DNA from: Laetmonice hystrix
Lineage: Eukaryota
DNA: 64,000 bases
Direction of reading: 5' to 3'
Assembly (NCBI GenBank): GCA_965235115.1
Contig: OZ249436.1
Location: forward strand, 28,832,001-28,896,000
Part shown: one piece after another, positions 38,601-53,600 of the stretch
Layout of the letters: each line of letters opens with the position of its first letter
Numbering within the stretch: position 1 is the first letter of the stretch
Program-made: the position numbers and the translations under genes
Notes under the pieces: model-generated
What the model saw: only the letters and a program-made list of their open reading frames with translations
What the model was told of the DNA's origin: nothing
The model's database searches: none

Positions 38601-41600
38601 GTGTTGACCCTTCAGATGAGATATCTGCACTGTGACACTACGCCACTCCTGCACACATGTCATTCTTGTCTTGTTGTAACTGAATGACTATAGTAAAAAT
38701 CAATAATGATGAATTTGAATGAGTAGTTCGGGATAATGTTTTAAGGCCACTCGGCCATATCATGGAGATTGTGAAGGGATGAAGGTGTTGGCTGAGTGGT
38801 TAGGGGTAACGTCTGAGGGTCAATCAGCCATATTATGGGGATTGGGAAATGGGGGTGTTGGCTGAATGCTTGAGGGGTAGTGTCAGGAGGTCCGTCAGCC
38901 ATATCATGAAAGTTGAGAAAAAGGGAGGTGTTGGGTGGGTGGTACGGGGTAATGTCTTAAGGCCACTCGGCCATTCCTTGGGGCTTAGGTCTTAGGGGTA
39001 AAGTCTGGGGGCCAGTGTGCCATATCATGGGGAGTGGGAAGGGAGATGTTGTTGTCTGAGATGTTGAGGGTAACGTCTGGTAACGTTGGTAATTTTGAGT
39101 CATTTTATCCTCATTTATTTTCATTATCATCCCCCGTGGGGCCCGGGGAACAATAGGCCCCATCCGTTTCAACACCCTATGGGTATGTGTGAGGGTGGAG
39201 AAGTTGTTGGCTGGGTGGTACGGGGTAAGGCCTGAGGGTCATTTGGCCATATCATCGGGGCTGGGAAGGGGGGGGGAAGGTGTTGGCTGATTGGTTAGGG
39301 GTAACGTCTGACTGCCAGCCAGCCATATCATGGGGTTTGGGGAATGGGAGGCAGGGTCATGCTTACTTACAAGAACAGAAAGAGTTTACGATCACTCTCC
39401 ATCTACATGGGCCAAAGGCCTACAAGTACCTGCGAGAAAAACTGACGTGACATCTGAAGCACTCATGTTCATGGTAGTGGGAATGAAGGGCATCTGGAAG
39501 TCACCGACTGGATACTTATAACACGGACACTCAAGCCTGACACTCAAAAAGTTCTTGTGGAACATGCATTAAATATGCTTCATGAATGCAGTATCAGCCT
39601 TCTGTGCTTAACCATGGATAGTCAACAACCTTGTAAAAGGGCTGCTAAAAATGTCCATGTAAAAGGCTTGTTAGTAGATAGTACTGTTCATGTGACAGCC
39701 TTGCCTTGAAACCATTATGATTTGGACATACGTTTTTTATATATTTTTTATACTTGTTTTACTTATAAATTATACGTGACAAACTAAGAAATAAGTTCCA
39801 TAGGAGATAAGACCTTAAACAGGATCTGATTTGCTACATTAGTGAGGTATCCTGGCATGGTCAGCTCTGCCTCATGAACATATGGGTAAATCAGATCCTG
39901 TCTCAAGTTTTACCTCCTTATTTGTTTAACAGCCCCCCCCCCCCCGCCCAGTCTAAAAAAGACGTTTCTGTTTTCTTGTTATTATAAAATGAGCAGCCTA
40001 AAAGGCCTAATCCAAAATTTCACATATATGGAGCCCTTCTCTTTTGGGCAGGCACCGACTTCTGAACTTTTGGGAGTCTAACGTCACTTTTTTAACCGTT
40101 TTAACATAGCTTTGCTGGGCTACTATTTCAGCTTTTACATAGACCTAGTGAGGGCTTAGTCCCACTAGGCATTTTTGTGGCCTTGGGATGTTCTCCCAAT
40201 GTAAACTGAAAAGCCTCGGGAGACTTCGGGAACAGGTTACTGGGTGCTTTGAAAAAGCTTTGGGATCATCGGGAGCCATGTGGAACCGTCGGGAGGCATC
40301 GGAAGAACTGCGGAAAATTTCAATGCCTGCATTAAATTTTTTCCTGATGTGGGTGCCGGGGAACAATAGGTGCCATCCGTTTCATCACCATATGGGGGTG
40401 AGGGTGGGGAAGGTGTTGGTTGTGTGGTCAGAAGTAATGTCTGAGGGCCAGACAGCCATAGCATGTGGATTGGGAAGGGGATGAGATGTTGGCTAAGTGT
40501 TTGGAGGGAATGTCTGAGGACCAATCAGTCATGTTAGGGATTGGAAAGGGGGATATTGGATTGGTTGGAGGTGGTAGTATAGAAGAAAAACGAAAAATAC
40601 CCCACCAAAAAAATCGCAAAAGAAAAAAATGAAACAACAGTTTGTCGGTGATGCATGTCGCAATACTGAGACATGTCTGCTGGGTGTTTATATCAGGGGT
40701 AACCTGATTTCGCTGTTCTGGTGAGTCACTGTGGGTGGTTGGAGGTGGTAGTATAAAAGAAAAACGAAAAATACCAAAAAAATCACAAAAGAAAAAAATG
40801 AAAAAATGTTTGTGGGTGTTGACCCTTCAGATGAGATATCTGCACTGTGACACTACGCCACTCCTGCACACATGTCATTCTTGTCTTGTTGTAACTGAGT
40901 GACTATAGTAAAAATCAACAATGATGAATTTGAGTGAGTAGTTCGGGATAATGTTTTAAGGCCACTCGGCCATATCATGGGGATTGTGAAGGGATGAAGG
41001 TGTTGGCTGAGTGGTTAGGGGTAACGTCTGAGGGTCAATCAGCCATATTATGGGGATTGGGAAATGGGGGTGTTGGCTGAATGCTTGAGGGGTAATGTCA
41101 GGAGGTCCGTCAGCCATATCAAGAAAGTTGAGAAGAAGGGAGGTGTTGGGTGGGTGGTACGGGGTAATGTCTTAAGGCCACTCGGCCATTCCTGGGGGCT
41201 TAGGTCCCAGGGGTAAAGTCTGGGGGCCAGTGAGCCATATCATGGGGAGTGGGAAGGGAGATGTTGTTGTCTGAGATGTTGAGGGTAACGTCTGGTAACG
41301 TTGGTAATTTTGAGTCATTTTATCCTCATTTATTTTCATTATCATCCCCCGTGGGGCCCGGGGAACAATAGGCCCCATCCGTTTCAACACCCTATGGGTA
41401 TGTGTGAGGGTGGAGAAGTTGTTGGCTGAGTGGTACGGGGTAAGGCCTGAGGGTCATTTGGCCATATCATCGGGGCTGGGAAGGGGGGGGGGAAGGTGTT
41501 GGCTGATTGGTTAGGGGTAACGTATGACTGCCAGCCAGCCATATCATGGGGTTTGGGGAATGGGAGGCAGGGTCATGCTTACTTACAAGAACAGAAAGAG

Positions 41601-44600
41601 TTTACGATCACTCTCCATCTACATGGGCCAAAGGCCTACAAGTACCTGCGAGAAAAACTGACGTGACATCTGAAGCACTCATGTTCATGGTAGTGGGAAT
41701 GAAGGGCATCTGGAAGTCACCGACTGGATACTTATAACACGGACACTCAAGCCTGACACTCAAAAAGTTCTTGTGGAACATGCATTAAATATGCTTCATG
41801 AATGCAGTATCAGCCTTTTGTGCTTAACCATGGATAGTCAACAACCTTGTAAAAGGGCTGCTAAAAATGTCCATGTAAAAGGGTTGTTAGTAGATAGTAC
41901 TGTTCATGTGACAGCCTTGCCTTGAAACCATTATGATTTTGACATACGTTTTTTTATATATTTTTTATACTTGTTTTACTTATAAATTATACGTGACAAA
42001 CTAAGAAATAAGTTCCATAAGACATAAGACCTTAAACAGGATCTGATTTGCTACATTAGTGAGGTATCCTGGCATGGTCAGCTCTGCCTCATGAACATAT
42101 GGCTAAATAAGATCCTGTCTCAAGTTTTACCTCCTTATTTGTTTAACAGCCCCCCCCCCCCCGCCCAGTCTAAAAAAAGACGTTCCTGTTTTCTTGTTAT
42201 TATTAAATGAGCAGCCTAAAAGGCCTAATCCAAAATTTCACATATATGGAGCCCTTCTCTTTTGGGCAGGCACCGACTTCTGAAATTTTGGGAGTCTAAC
42301 GTCACTTTTTTAACCGTTTTAACATAGCTTTGCTGGACTACTATTTCAGCTTTTACATAGACCGAGTGAGGGCTTAGTCTCACTAGGCATTTTTGTGGCC
42401 TTGGGATGTTCTCCCAATGTAAACTGAAAAGCCTCGGGAGACTTCGGGAACAGGTGACTGGGTGCTTTGAAAAAGCTTTGGGATCATCGGGAGCCATGTG
42501 GAACCGTCGGGAGGCATCGGAAGAACTGCGGAAAATTTCAATGCCTGCATTAAATTTTTTCCTGATGTGGGGGCCGGGGAACAATAGGTGCCATCCGTTT
42601 CATCACTATATGGGGGTGAGGGTGGGGAAGGTGTTGGTTGTGTGGTCAGAGGTAATGTCTGAGGGCCAGACAGCCATAGCATGTGGATTGGGAAGGGGAT
42701 GAGATGTTGGCTAAGTGTTTGGAGGGAATGTCTGATGACCAATCAGTCATGTTAGGGATTGGAAAGGGGGATATTGGATTGGTTGGAGGTGGTAGTATAG
42801 AAGAAAAACGAAAAATACCCCCAAAAAATCGCAAAAGAAAAAAATGAAACAACAGTTTGTGGGTGATGCATGTCGCAATACTAAGACATGTCTGCTGGGT
42901 GTTTATATCAGGGGTATTCTGATTTCGCTGTTCTGGTGAGTCACTGTGGGTGGTTGGAGGTGGTAGTATAAAAGAAAAACGAAAAATACCAAAAAAATCA
43001 CAAAAGAAAAAAATGAAAAAATGTTTGTGGGTATTGACCCTTCAGATGAGATATCTGCACTGTGACACTACGCCACTCCTGCACACATGTCATTCTTGTC
43101 TTGTTGTAACTGAATGACTATAGTAAAAATCAATAATGATGAATTTGAATGAGTAGTTCGGGATAATGTTTTAAGGCGACTCGGCCATATCATGGAGATT
43201 GTGAAGGGATGAAGGTGTTGGCTGAGTGGTTAGGGGTAACGTCTGAGGGTCAATCAGCCATATTATGGGGATTGGGAAATGGGGGTGTTGGCTGAATGCT
43301 TGAGGGGTAGTGTCAGGAGGTCCGTCAGCCATATCATGAAAGTTGAGAAAAAGGGAGGTGTTGGGTGGGTGGTACGGGGTAATGTCTTAAGGCCACTCGG
43401 CCATTCCTGGGGGCTTAGGTCTTAGGGGTAAAGTCTGGGGGCCAGTGAGCCATATCATGGGGAGTGGGAAGGGAGATGTTGTTGTCTGAGATGTTGAGGG
43501 TAACGTCTGGTAACGTTGGTAATTTTGAGTCATTTTATCCTCATTTATTTTCATTATCATCCCCCGTGGGGCCCGGGGAACAATAGGCCCCATCCGTTTC
43601 AACACCCTATGGGTATGTGTGAGGGTGGAGAAGTTGTTGGCTGAGTGGTACGGGGTAAGGCCTGAGGGTCATTTGGCCATATCATCGGGGCTGGGAAGGG
43701 GGGGGGAAGGTGTTGGCTGATTGGTTAGGGGTAACGTCTGACTGCCAGCCAGCCATATCATGGGGTTTGGGGAATGGGAGGCAGGGTCATGCGTATTTAC
43801 AAGAACAGAAAGAGTTTACGATCACTCTCCATCTACATGGGCCAAAGGCCTACAAGTACCTGCGAGAAAAACTGACGTGACATCTGAAGCACTCATGTTC
43901 ATGGTAGTGGGAATGAAGGGCATCTGGAAGTCACCGACTGGATACTTATAACACGGACACTCAAGCCTGACACTCAAAAAGTTCTTGTGGAACATGCATT
44001 AAATATGCTTCATGAATGCAGTATCAGCCTTTTGTGCTTAACCATGGATAGTCAACAACCTTGTAAAAGGGCTGCTAAAAATGTCCATGTAAAAGGGTTG
44101 TTAGTAGATAGTACTGTTCATGTGACAGCCTTGCCTTGAAACCATTATGATTTTGACATACGTTTTTTATATATTTTTTATACTTGTTTTACTTATAAAT
44201 TATACGTGACAAACTAAGAAATAAGTTCCATAGGAGATAAGACCTTAAACAGGATCTGATTTGCTACATTAGTGAGGTATCCTGGCATGGTCAGCTCTGC
44301 CTCATGAACATATGGGTAAATTAGATCCTGTCTCAAGTTTTACCTCCTTATTTGTTTAACAGCCCCCCCCCCCCCCGCCCAGTCTAAAAAAGACGTTCCT
44401 GTTTTCTTGTTATTATAAAATGAGCAGCCTAAAAGGCCTAATCCAAAATTTCACATATATGGAGCCCTTCTCTTTTGGGCAGGCACCGACTTCTGAACTT
44501 TTGGGAGTCTAACGTCACTTTTTTAACCGTTTTAACATAGCTTTGCTGGGCTACTATTTCAGCTTTTACATAGACCTAGTGAGGGCTTAGTCCCACTAGG

Positions 44601-47600
44601 CATTTTTTGGCCTTGGGATCTTCTCCCAATGTAAACTGAAAAGCCTCGGGAGACTTCGGGAACAGGTTACTGGGTGCTTTGAAAAAGCTTTGGGATCATC
44701 GGGAGCCATGTGGAACCGTCGGGAGGCATCGGAAGAACTGCAAAAATTTCAATGCCTGCATTAAATTTTTTCCTGATGTGGGTGCCGGGGAACAATAGGT
44801 GCCATCCGTTTCATCACCATATGGGGGTGAGGGTGGGGAAGGTGTTGGTTGTGTGGTCAGAAGTAATGTCTGAGGGCCAGACAGCCATAGCATGTGGATT
44901 GGGAAGGGGATGAGATGTTGGCTAAGTGTTTGGAGGGAATGTCTGAGGACCAATCAGTCATGTTAGGGATTGGAAAGGGGGATATTGGATTGGTTGGAGG
45001 TGGTAGTATAGAAGAAAACGAAAAATACCCCCAAAAAATCGCAAAAGAAAAAAATAAAACAACAGTTTGTGGGTGATGCATGTCGCAATACTGAGACATG
45101 TCTGCTGGGTGTTTATATCAGGGGTAACCTGATTTCGCTGTTCTGGTGAGTCACTGTGGGTGGTTGGAGGTGGTAGTATAAAAGAAAAACGAAAAATACC
45201 AAAAAAATCACAAAAGAAAAAAATGAAAAAATGTTTGTGGGTGTTGACCCTTCAGATGAGATATCTGCACTGTGACACTACGCCACTCCTGCACACATGT
45301 CATTCTTGTCTTGTTGTAACTGAATGACTATAGTAAAAATCAATAATGATGAATTTGAATGAGTAGTTCGGGATAATGTTTTAAGGCCACTCGGCCATAT
45401 CATGGAGATTGTGAAGGGATGAAGGTGTTGGCTGAGTGGTTAGGGGTAACGTCTGAGGGTCAATCAGCCATATTATGGGGATTGGGAAATGGGGGTGTTG
45501 GCTGAATGCTTGAGGGGTAGTGTCAGGAGGTCCGTCAGCCATATCATGAAAGTTGAGAAAAAGGGAGGTGTTGGGTGGGTGGTACGGGGTAATGTCTTAA
45601 GGCCACTCGGCCATTCCTTGGGGCTTAGGTCTTAGGGGTAAAGTCTGGGGGCCAGTGTGCCATATCATGGGGAGTGGGAAGGGAGATGTTGTTGTCTGAG
45701 ATGTTGAGGGTAACGTCTGGTAACGTTGGTAATTTTGAGTCATTTTATCCTCATTTATTTTCATTATCATCCCCCGTGGGGCCCGGGGAACAATAGGCCC
45801 CATCCGTTTCAACACCCTATGGGTATGTGTGAGGGTGGAGAAGTTGTTGGCTGGGTGGTACGGGGTAAGGCCTGAGGGTCATTTGGCCATATCATCGGGG
45901 CTGGGAAGGGGGGGGGAAGGTGTTGGCTGATTGGTTAGGGGTAACGTCTGACTGCCAGCCAGCCATATCATGGGGTTTGGGGAATGGGAGGCAGGGTCAT
46001 GCTTACTTACAAGAACAGAAAGAGTTTACGATCACTCTCCATCTACATGGGCCAAAGGCCTACAAGTACCTGCGAGAAAAACTGACGTGACATCTGAAGC
46101 ACTCATGTTCATGGTAGTGGGAATGAAGGGCATCTGGAAGTCACCGACTGGATACTTATAACACGGACACTCAAGCCTGACACTCAAAAAGTTCTTGTGG
46201 AACATGCATTAAATATGCTTCATGAATGCAGTATCAGCCTTCTGTGCTTAACCATGGATAGTCAACAACCTTGTAAAAGGGCTGCTAAAAATGTCCATGT
46301 AAAAGGCTTGTTAGTAGATAGTACTGTTCATGTGACAGCCTTGCCTTGAAACCATTATGATTTTGACATACGTTTTTTATATATTTTTTATACTTGTTTT
46401 ACTTATAAATTATACGTGACAAACTAAGAAATAAGTTCCATAGGAGATAAGACCTTAAACAGGATCTGATTTGCTACATTAGTGAGGTATCCTGGCATGG
46501 TCAGCTCTGCCTCATGAACATATGGGTAAATTAGATCCTGTCTCAAGTTTTACCTCCTTATTTGTTTAACAGCCCCCCCCCCCCCCGCCCAGTCTAAAAA
46601 AGACGTTCCTGTTTTCTTGTTATTATAAAATGAGCAGCCTAAAAGGCCTAATCCAAAATTTCACATATATGGAGCCCTTCTCTTTTGGGCAGGCACCGAC
46701 TTCTGAACTTTTGGGAGTCTAACGTCACTTTTTTAACCGTTTTAACATAGCTTTGCTGGGCTACTATTTCAGCTTTTACATAGACCTAGTGAGGGCTTAG
46801 TCCCACTAGGCATTTTTTTGGCCTTGGGATCTTCTCCCAATGTAAACTGAAAAGCCTCGGGAGACTTCGGGAACAGGTTACTGGGTGCTTTGAAAAAGCT
46901 TTGGGATCATCGGGAGCCATGTGGAACCGTCGGGAGGCATCGGAAGAACTGCGGAAAATTTCAATGCCTGCATTAAATTTTTTCCTGATGTGGGTGCCGG
47001 GGAACAATAGGTGCCATCCGTTTCATCACCATATGGGGGTGAGGGTGGGGAAGGTGTTGGTTGTGTGGTCAGAAGTAATGTCTGAGGGCCAGACAGCCAT
47101 AGCATGTGGATTGGGAAGGGGATGAGATGTTGGCTAAGTGTTTGGAGGGAATGTCTGAGGACCAATCAGTCATGTTAGGGATTGGAAAGGGGGATATTGG
47201 ATTGGTTGGAGGTGGTAGTATAGAAGAAAACGAAAAATACCCCCAAAAAATCGCAAAAGAAAAAAATAAAACAACAGTTTGTGGGTGATGCATGTCGCAA
47301 TACTGAGACATGTCTGCTGGGTGTTTATATCAGGGGTAACCTGATTTCGCTGTTCTGGTGAGTCACTGTGGGTGGTTGGAGGTGGTAGTATAAAAGAAAA
47401 ACGAAAAATACCAAAAAAATCACAAAAGAAAAAAATGAAAAAATGTTTGTGGGTGTTGACCCTTCAGATGAGATATCTGCACTGTGACACTACGCCACTC
47501 CTGCACACATGTCATTCTTGTCTTGTTGTAACTGAATGACTATAGTAAAAATCAATAATGATGAATTTGAATGAGTAGTTCGGGATAATGTTTTAAGGCC

Positions 47601-50600
47601 ACTCGGCCATATCATGGAGATTGTGAAGGGATGAAGGTGTTGGCTGAGTGGTTAGGGGTAACGTCTGAGGGTCAATCAGCCATATTATGGGGATTGGGAA
47701 ATGGGGGTGTTGGCTGAATGCTTGAGGGGTAGTGTCAGGAGGTCCGTCAGCCATATCATGAAAGTTGAGAAAAAGGGAGGTGTTGGGTGGGTGGTACGGG
47801 GTAATGTCTTAAGGCCACTCGGCCATTCCTTGGGGCTTAGGTCTTAGGGGTAAAGTCTGGGGGCCAGTGTGCCATATCATGGGGAGTGGGAAGGGAGATG
47901 TTGTTGTCTGAGATGTTGAGGGTAACGTCTGGTAACGTTGGTAATTTTGAGTCATTTTATCCTCATTTATTTTCATTATCATCCCCCGTGGGGCCCGGGG
48001 AACAATAGGCCCCATCCGTTTCAACACCCTATGGGTATGTGTGAGGGTGGAGAAGTTGTTGGCTGGGTGGTACGGGGTAAGGCCTGAGGGTCATTTGGCC
48101 ATATCATCGGGGCTGGGAAGGGGGGGGGGAAGGTGTTGGCTGATTGGTTAGGGGTAACGTCTGACTGCCAGCCAGCCATATCATGGGGTTTGGGGAATGG
48201 GAGGCAGGGTCATGCTTACTTACAAGAACAGAAAGAGTTTACGATCACTCTCCATCTACATGGGCCAAAGGCCTACAAGTACCTGCGAGAAAAACTGACG
48301 TGACATCTGAAGCACTCATGTTCATGGTAGTGGGAATGAAGGGCATCTGGAAGTCACCGACTGGATACTTATAACACGGACACTCAAGCCTGACACTCAA
48401 AAAGTTCTTGTGGAACATGCATTAAATATGCTTCATGAATGCAGTATCAGCCTTCTGTGCTTAACCATGGATAGTCAACAACCTTGTAAAAGGGCTGCTA
48501 AAAATGTCCATGTAAAAGGCTTGTTAGTAGATAGTACTGTTCATGTGACAGCCTTGCCTTGAAACCATTATGATTTTGACATACGTTTTTTATATATTTT
48601 TTATACTTGTTTTACTTATAAATTATACGTGACAAACTAAGAAATAAGTTCCATAGGAGATAAGACCTTAAACAGGATCTGATTTGCTACATTAGTGAGG
48701 TATCCTGGCATGGTCAGCTCTGCCTCATGAACATATGGGTAAATTAGATCCTGTCTCAAGTTTTACCTCCTTATTTGTTTAACAGCCCCCCCCCCCGCCC
48801 AGTCTAAAAAAGACGTTCCTGTTTTCTTGTTATTATAAAATGAGCAGCCTAAAAGGCCTAATCCAAAATTTCACATATATGGAGCCCGTCTCTTTTGGGC
48901 AGGCACCGACTTCTGAACTTTTGGGAGTCTAACGTCACTTTTTTAACCGTTTTAACATAGCTTTGCTGGGCTACTATTTCAGCTTTTACATAGACCTAGT
49001 GAGGGCTTAGTCCCACTAGGCATTTTTTGGCCTTGGGATCTTCTCCCAATGTAAACTGAAAAGCCTCGGGAGACTTCGGGAACAGGTTACTGGGTGCTTT
49101 GAAAAAGCTTTGGGATCATCGGGAGCCATGTGGAACCGTCGGGAGGCATCGGAAGAACTGCGGAAAATTTCAATGCCTGCATTAAATTTTTTCCTGATGT
49201 GGGTGCCGGGGAACAATAGGTGCCATCCGTTTCATCACCATATGGGGGTGAGGGTGGGGAAGGTGTTGGTTGTGTGGTCAGAAGTAATGTCTGAGGGCCA
49301 GACAGCCATAGCATGTGGATTGGGAAGGGGATGAGATGTTGGCTAAGTGTTTGGAGGGAATGTCTGAGGACCAATCAGTCATGTTAGGGATTGGAAAGGG
49401 GGATATTGGATTGGTTGGAGGTGGTAGTATAGAAGAAAACGAAAAATACCCCCAAAAAATCGCAAAAGAAAAAAATAAAACAACAGTTTGTGGGTGATGC
49501 ATGTCGCAATACTGAGACATGTCTGCTGGGTGTTTATATCAGGGGTAACCTGATTTCGCTGTTCTGGTGAGTCACTGTGGGTGGTTGGAGGTGGTAGTAT
49601 AAAAGAAAAACGAAAAATACCAAAAAAATCACAAAAGAAAAAAATGAAAAAATGTTTGTGGGTGTTGACCCTTCAGATGAGATATCTGCACTGTGACACT
49701 ACGCCACTCCTGCACACATGTCATTCTTGTCTTGTTGTAACTGAATGACTATAGTAAAAATCAATAATGATGAATTTGAATGAGTAGTTCGGGATAATGT
49801 TTTAAGGCCACTCGGCCATATCATGGAGATTGTGAAGGGATGAAGGTGTTGGCTGAGTGGTTAGGGGTAACGTCTGAGGGTCAATCAGCCATATTATGGG
49901 GATTGGGAAATGGGGGTGTTGGCTGAATGCTTGAGGGGTAGTGTCAGGAGGTCCGTCAGCCATATCATGAAAGTTGAGAAAAATGGAGGTGTTGGGTGGG
50001 TGGTACGGGGTAATGTCTTAAGGCCACTCGGCCATTCCTTGGGGCTTAGGTCTTAGGGGTAAAGTCTGGGGGCCAGTGAGCCATATCATGGGGAGTGGGA
50101 AGGGAGATGTTGTTGTCTGAGATGTTGAGGGTAACGTCTGGTAACGTTGGTAATTTTGAGTCATTTTATCCTCATTTATTTTCATTATCATCCCCCGTGG
50201 GGCCCGGGGAACAATAGGCCCCATCCGTTTCAACACCCTATGGGTATGTGTGAGGGTGGAGAAGTTGTTGGCTGGGTGGTACGGGGTAAGGCCTGAGGGT
50301 CATTTGGCCATATCATCGGGGCTGGGAAGGGGGGGGGAAGGTGTTGGCTGATTGGTTAGGGGTAACGTCTGACTGCCAGCCAGCCATATCATGGGGTTTG
50401 GGGAATGGGAGGCAGGGTCATGCTTACTTACAAGAACAGAAAGAGTTTACGATCACTCTCCATCTACATGGGCCAAAGGCCTACAAGTACCTGCGAGAAA
50501 AACTGACGTGACATCTGAAGCACTCATGTTCATGGTAGTGGGAATGAAGGGCATCTGGAAGTCACCGACTGGATACTTATAACACGGACACTCAAGCCTG

Positions 50601-53600
50601 ACACTCAAAAAGTTCTTGTGGAACATGCATTAAATATGCTTCATGAATGCAGTATCAGCCTTCTGTGCTTAACCATGGATAGTCAACAACCTTGTAAAAG
50701 GGCTGCTAAAAATGTCCATGTAAAAGGCTTGTTAGTAGATAGTACTGTTCATGTGACAGCCTTGCCTTGAAACCATTATGATTTTGACATACGTTTTTTA
50801 TATATTTTTTATACTTGTTTTACTTATAAATTATACGTGACAAACTAAGAAATAAGTTCCATAGGAGATAAGACCTTAAACAGGATCTGATTTGCTACAT
50901 TAGTGAGGTATCCTGGCATGGTCAGCTCTGCCTCTTGAACATATGGGTAAATTATATCCTGTCTCAAGTTTTACCTCCTTATTTGTTTAACAGCCCCCCC
51001 CCCCGCCCAGTCTAAAAAAGACGTTCCTGTTTTCTTGTTATTATAAAATGAGCAGCCTAAAAGGCCTAATCCAAAATTTCACATATATGGAGCCCTTCTC
51101 TTTTGGGCAGGCACCGACTTCTGAACTTTTGGGAGTCTAACGTCACTTTTTTAACCGTTTTAACATAGCTTTGCTGGGCTACTATTTCAGCTTTTACATA
51201 GACCTAGTGAGGGCTTAGTCCCACTAGGCATTTTTTGGCCTTGGGATGTTCTCCCAATGTAAACTGAAAAGCCTCGGGAGACTTCGGGAACAGGTTACTG
51301 GGTGCTTTGAAAAAGCTTTGGGATCATCGGGAGCCATGTGGAACCGTCGGGAGGCATCGGAAGAACTGCGGAAAATTTCAATGCCTGCATTAAATTTTTT
51401 CCTGATGTGGGTGCCGGGGAACAATAGGTGCCATCCGTTTCATCACCATATGGGGGTGAGGGTGGGGAAGGTGTTGGTTGTGTGGTCAGAAGTAATGTCT
51501 GAGGGCCAGACAGCCATAGCATGTGGATTGGGAAGGGGATGAGATGTTGGCTAAGTGTTTGGAGGGAATGTCTGAGGACCAATCAGTCATGTTAGGGATT
51601 GGAAAGGGGGATATTGGATTGGTTGGAGGTGGTAGTATAGAAGAAAAACGAAAAATACCCCACCAAAAAAATCGCAAAAGAAAAAAATGAAACAACAGTT
51701 TGTCGGTGATGCATGTCGCAATACTGAGACATGTCTGCTGGGTGTTTATATCAGGGGTAACCTGATTTCGCTGTTCTGGTGAGTCACTGTGGGTGGTTGG
51801 AGGTGGTAGTATAGAAGAAAAACGAAAAATACCAAAAAAATCACAAAAGAAAAAAATGAAAAAATGTTTGTGGGTGTTGACCCTTCAGATGAGATATCTG
51901 CACTGTGACACTACGCCACTCCTGCACACATGTCATTCTTGTCTTGTTGTAACTGAATGACTATAGTAAAAATCAACAATGATGAATTTGAGTGAGTAGT
52001 TCGGGATAATGTTTTAAGGCCACTCGGCCATATCATGGGGATTGTGAAGGGATGAAGGTGTTGGCTGAGTGGTTAGGGGTAACGTCTGAGGGTCAATCAG
52101 CCATATTATGGGGATTGGGAAATGGGGGTGTTGGCTGAATGCTTGAGGGGTAATGTCAGGAGGTCCGTCAGCCATATCAAGAAAGTTGAGAAGAAGGGAG
52201 GTGTTGGGTGGGTGGTACGGGGTAATGTCTTAAGGCCACTCGGCCATTCCTGGGGGCTTAGGTCCCAGGGGTAAAGTCTGGGGGCCAGTGAGCCATATCA
52301 TGGGGAGTGGGAAGGGAGATGTTGTTGTCTGAGATGTTGAGGGTAACGTCTGGTAACGTTGGTAATTTTGAGTCATTTTATCCTCATTTATTTTCATTAT
52401 CATCCCCCGTGGGGCCCGGGGAACAATAGGCCCCATCCGTTTCAACACCCTATGGGTATGTGTGCGGGTGGAGAAGTTGTTGGCTGAGTGGTACGGGGTA
52501 AGGCCTGAGGGTCATTTGGCCATATCATCGGGGCTGGGAAGGGGGGGGAGGTGTTGGCTGATTGGTTAGGGGTAACGTATGACTGCCAGCCAGCCATATC
52601 ATGGGGTTTGGGGAATGGGAGGCAGGGTCATGCTTACTTACAAGAACAGAAAGAGTTTACGATCACTCTCCATCTACATGGGCCAAAGGCCTACAAGTAC
52701 CTGCGAGAAAAACTGACGTGACATCTGAAGCACTCATGTTCATGGTAGTGGGAATGAAGGGCATCTGGAAGTCACCGACTGGATACTTATAACACGGACA
52801 CTCAAGCCTGACACTCAAAAAGTTCTTGTGGAACATGCATTAAATATGCTTCATGAATGCAGTATCAGCCTTTTGTGCTTAACCATGGATAGTCAACAAC
52901 CTTGTAAAAGGGCTGCTAAAAATGTCCATGTAAAAGGCTTGTTAGTAGATAGTACTGTTCATGTGACAGCCTTGCCTTGAAACCATTATGATTTTGACAT
53001 ACGTTTTTTTATATATTTTTTATACTTGTTTTACTTATAAATTATACGTGACAAACTAAGAAATAAGTTCCATAAGACATAAGACCTTAAACAGGATCTG
53101 ATTTGCTACATTAGTGAGGTATCCTGGCATGGTCAGCTCTGCCTCATGAACATATGGGTAAATCAGATCCTGTCTCAAGTTTTACCTCCTTATTTGTTTA
53201 ACAGCCCCCCCCCCCCGCCCAGTCTAAAAAAAGACGTTCCTGTTTTCTTGTTATTATTAAATGAGCAGCCTAAAAGGCCTAATCCAAAATTTCACATATA
53301 TGGAGCCCTTCTCTTTTGGGCAGGCACCGACTTCTGAAATTTTGGGAGTCTAACGTCACTTTTTTAACCGTTTTAACATAGCTTTGCTGGACTACTATTT
53401 CAGCTTTTACATAGACCGAGTGAGGGCTTAGTCTCACTAGGCATTTTTGTGGCCTTGGGATGTTCTCCCAATGTAAACTGAAAAGCCTCGGGAGACTTCG
53501 GGAACAGGTGACTGGGTGCTTTGAAAAAGCTTTGGGATCATCGGGAGCCATGTGGAACCGTCGGGAGGCATCGGAAGAACTGCGGAAAATTTCAATGCCT

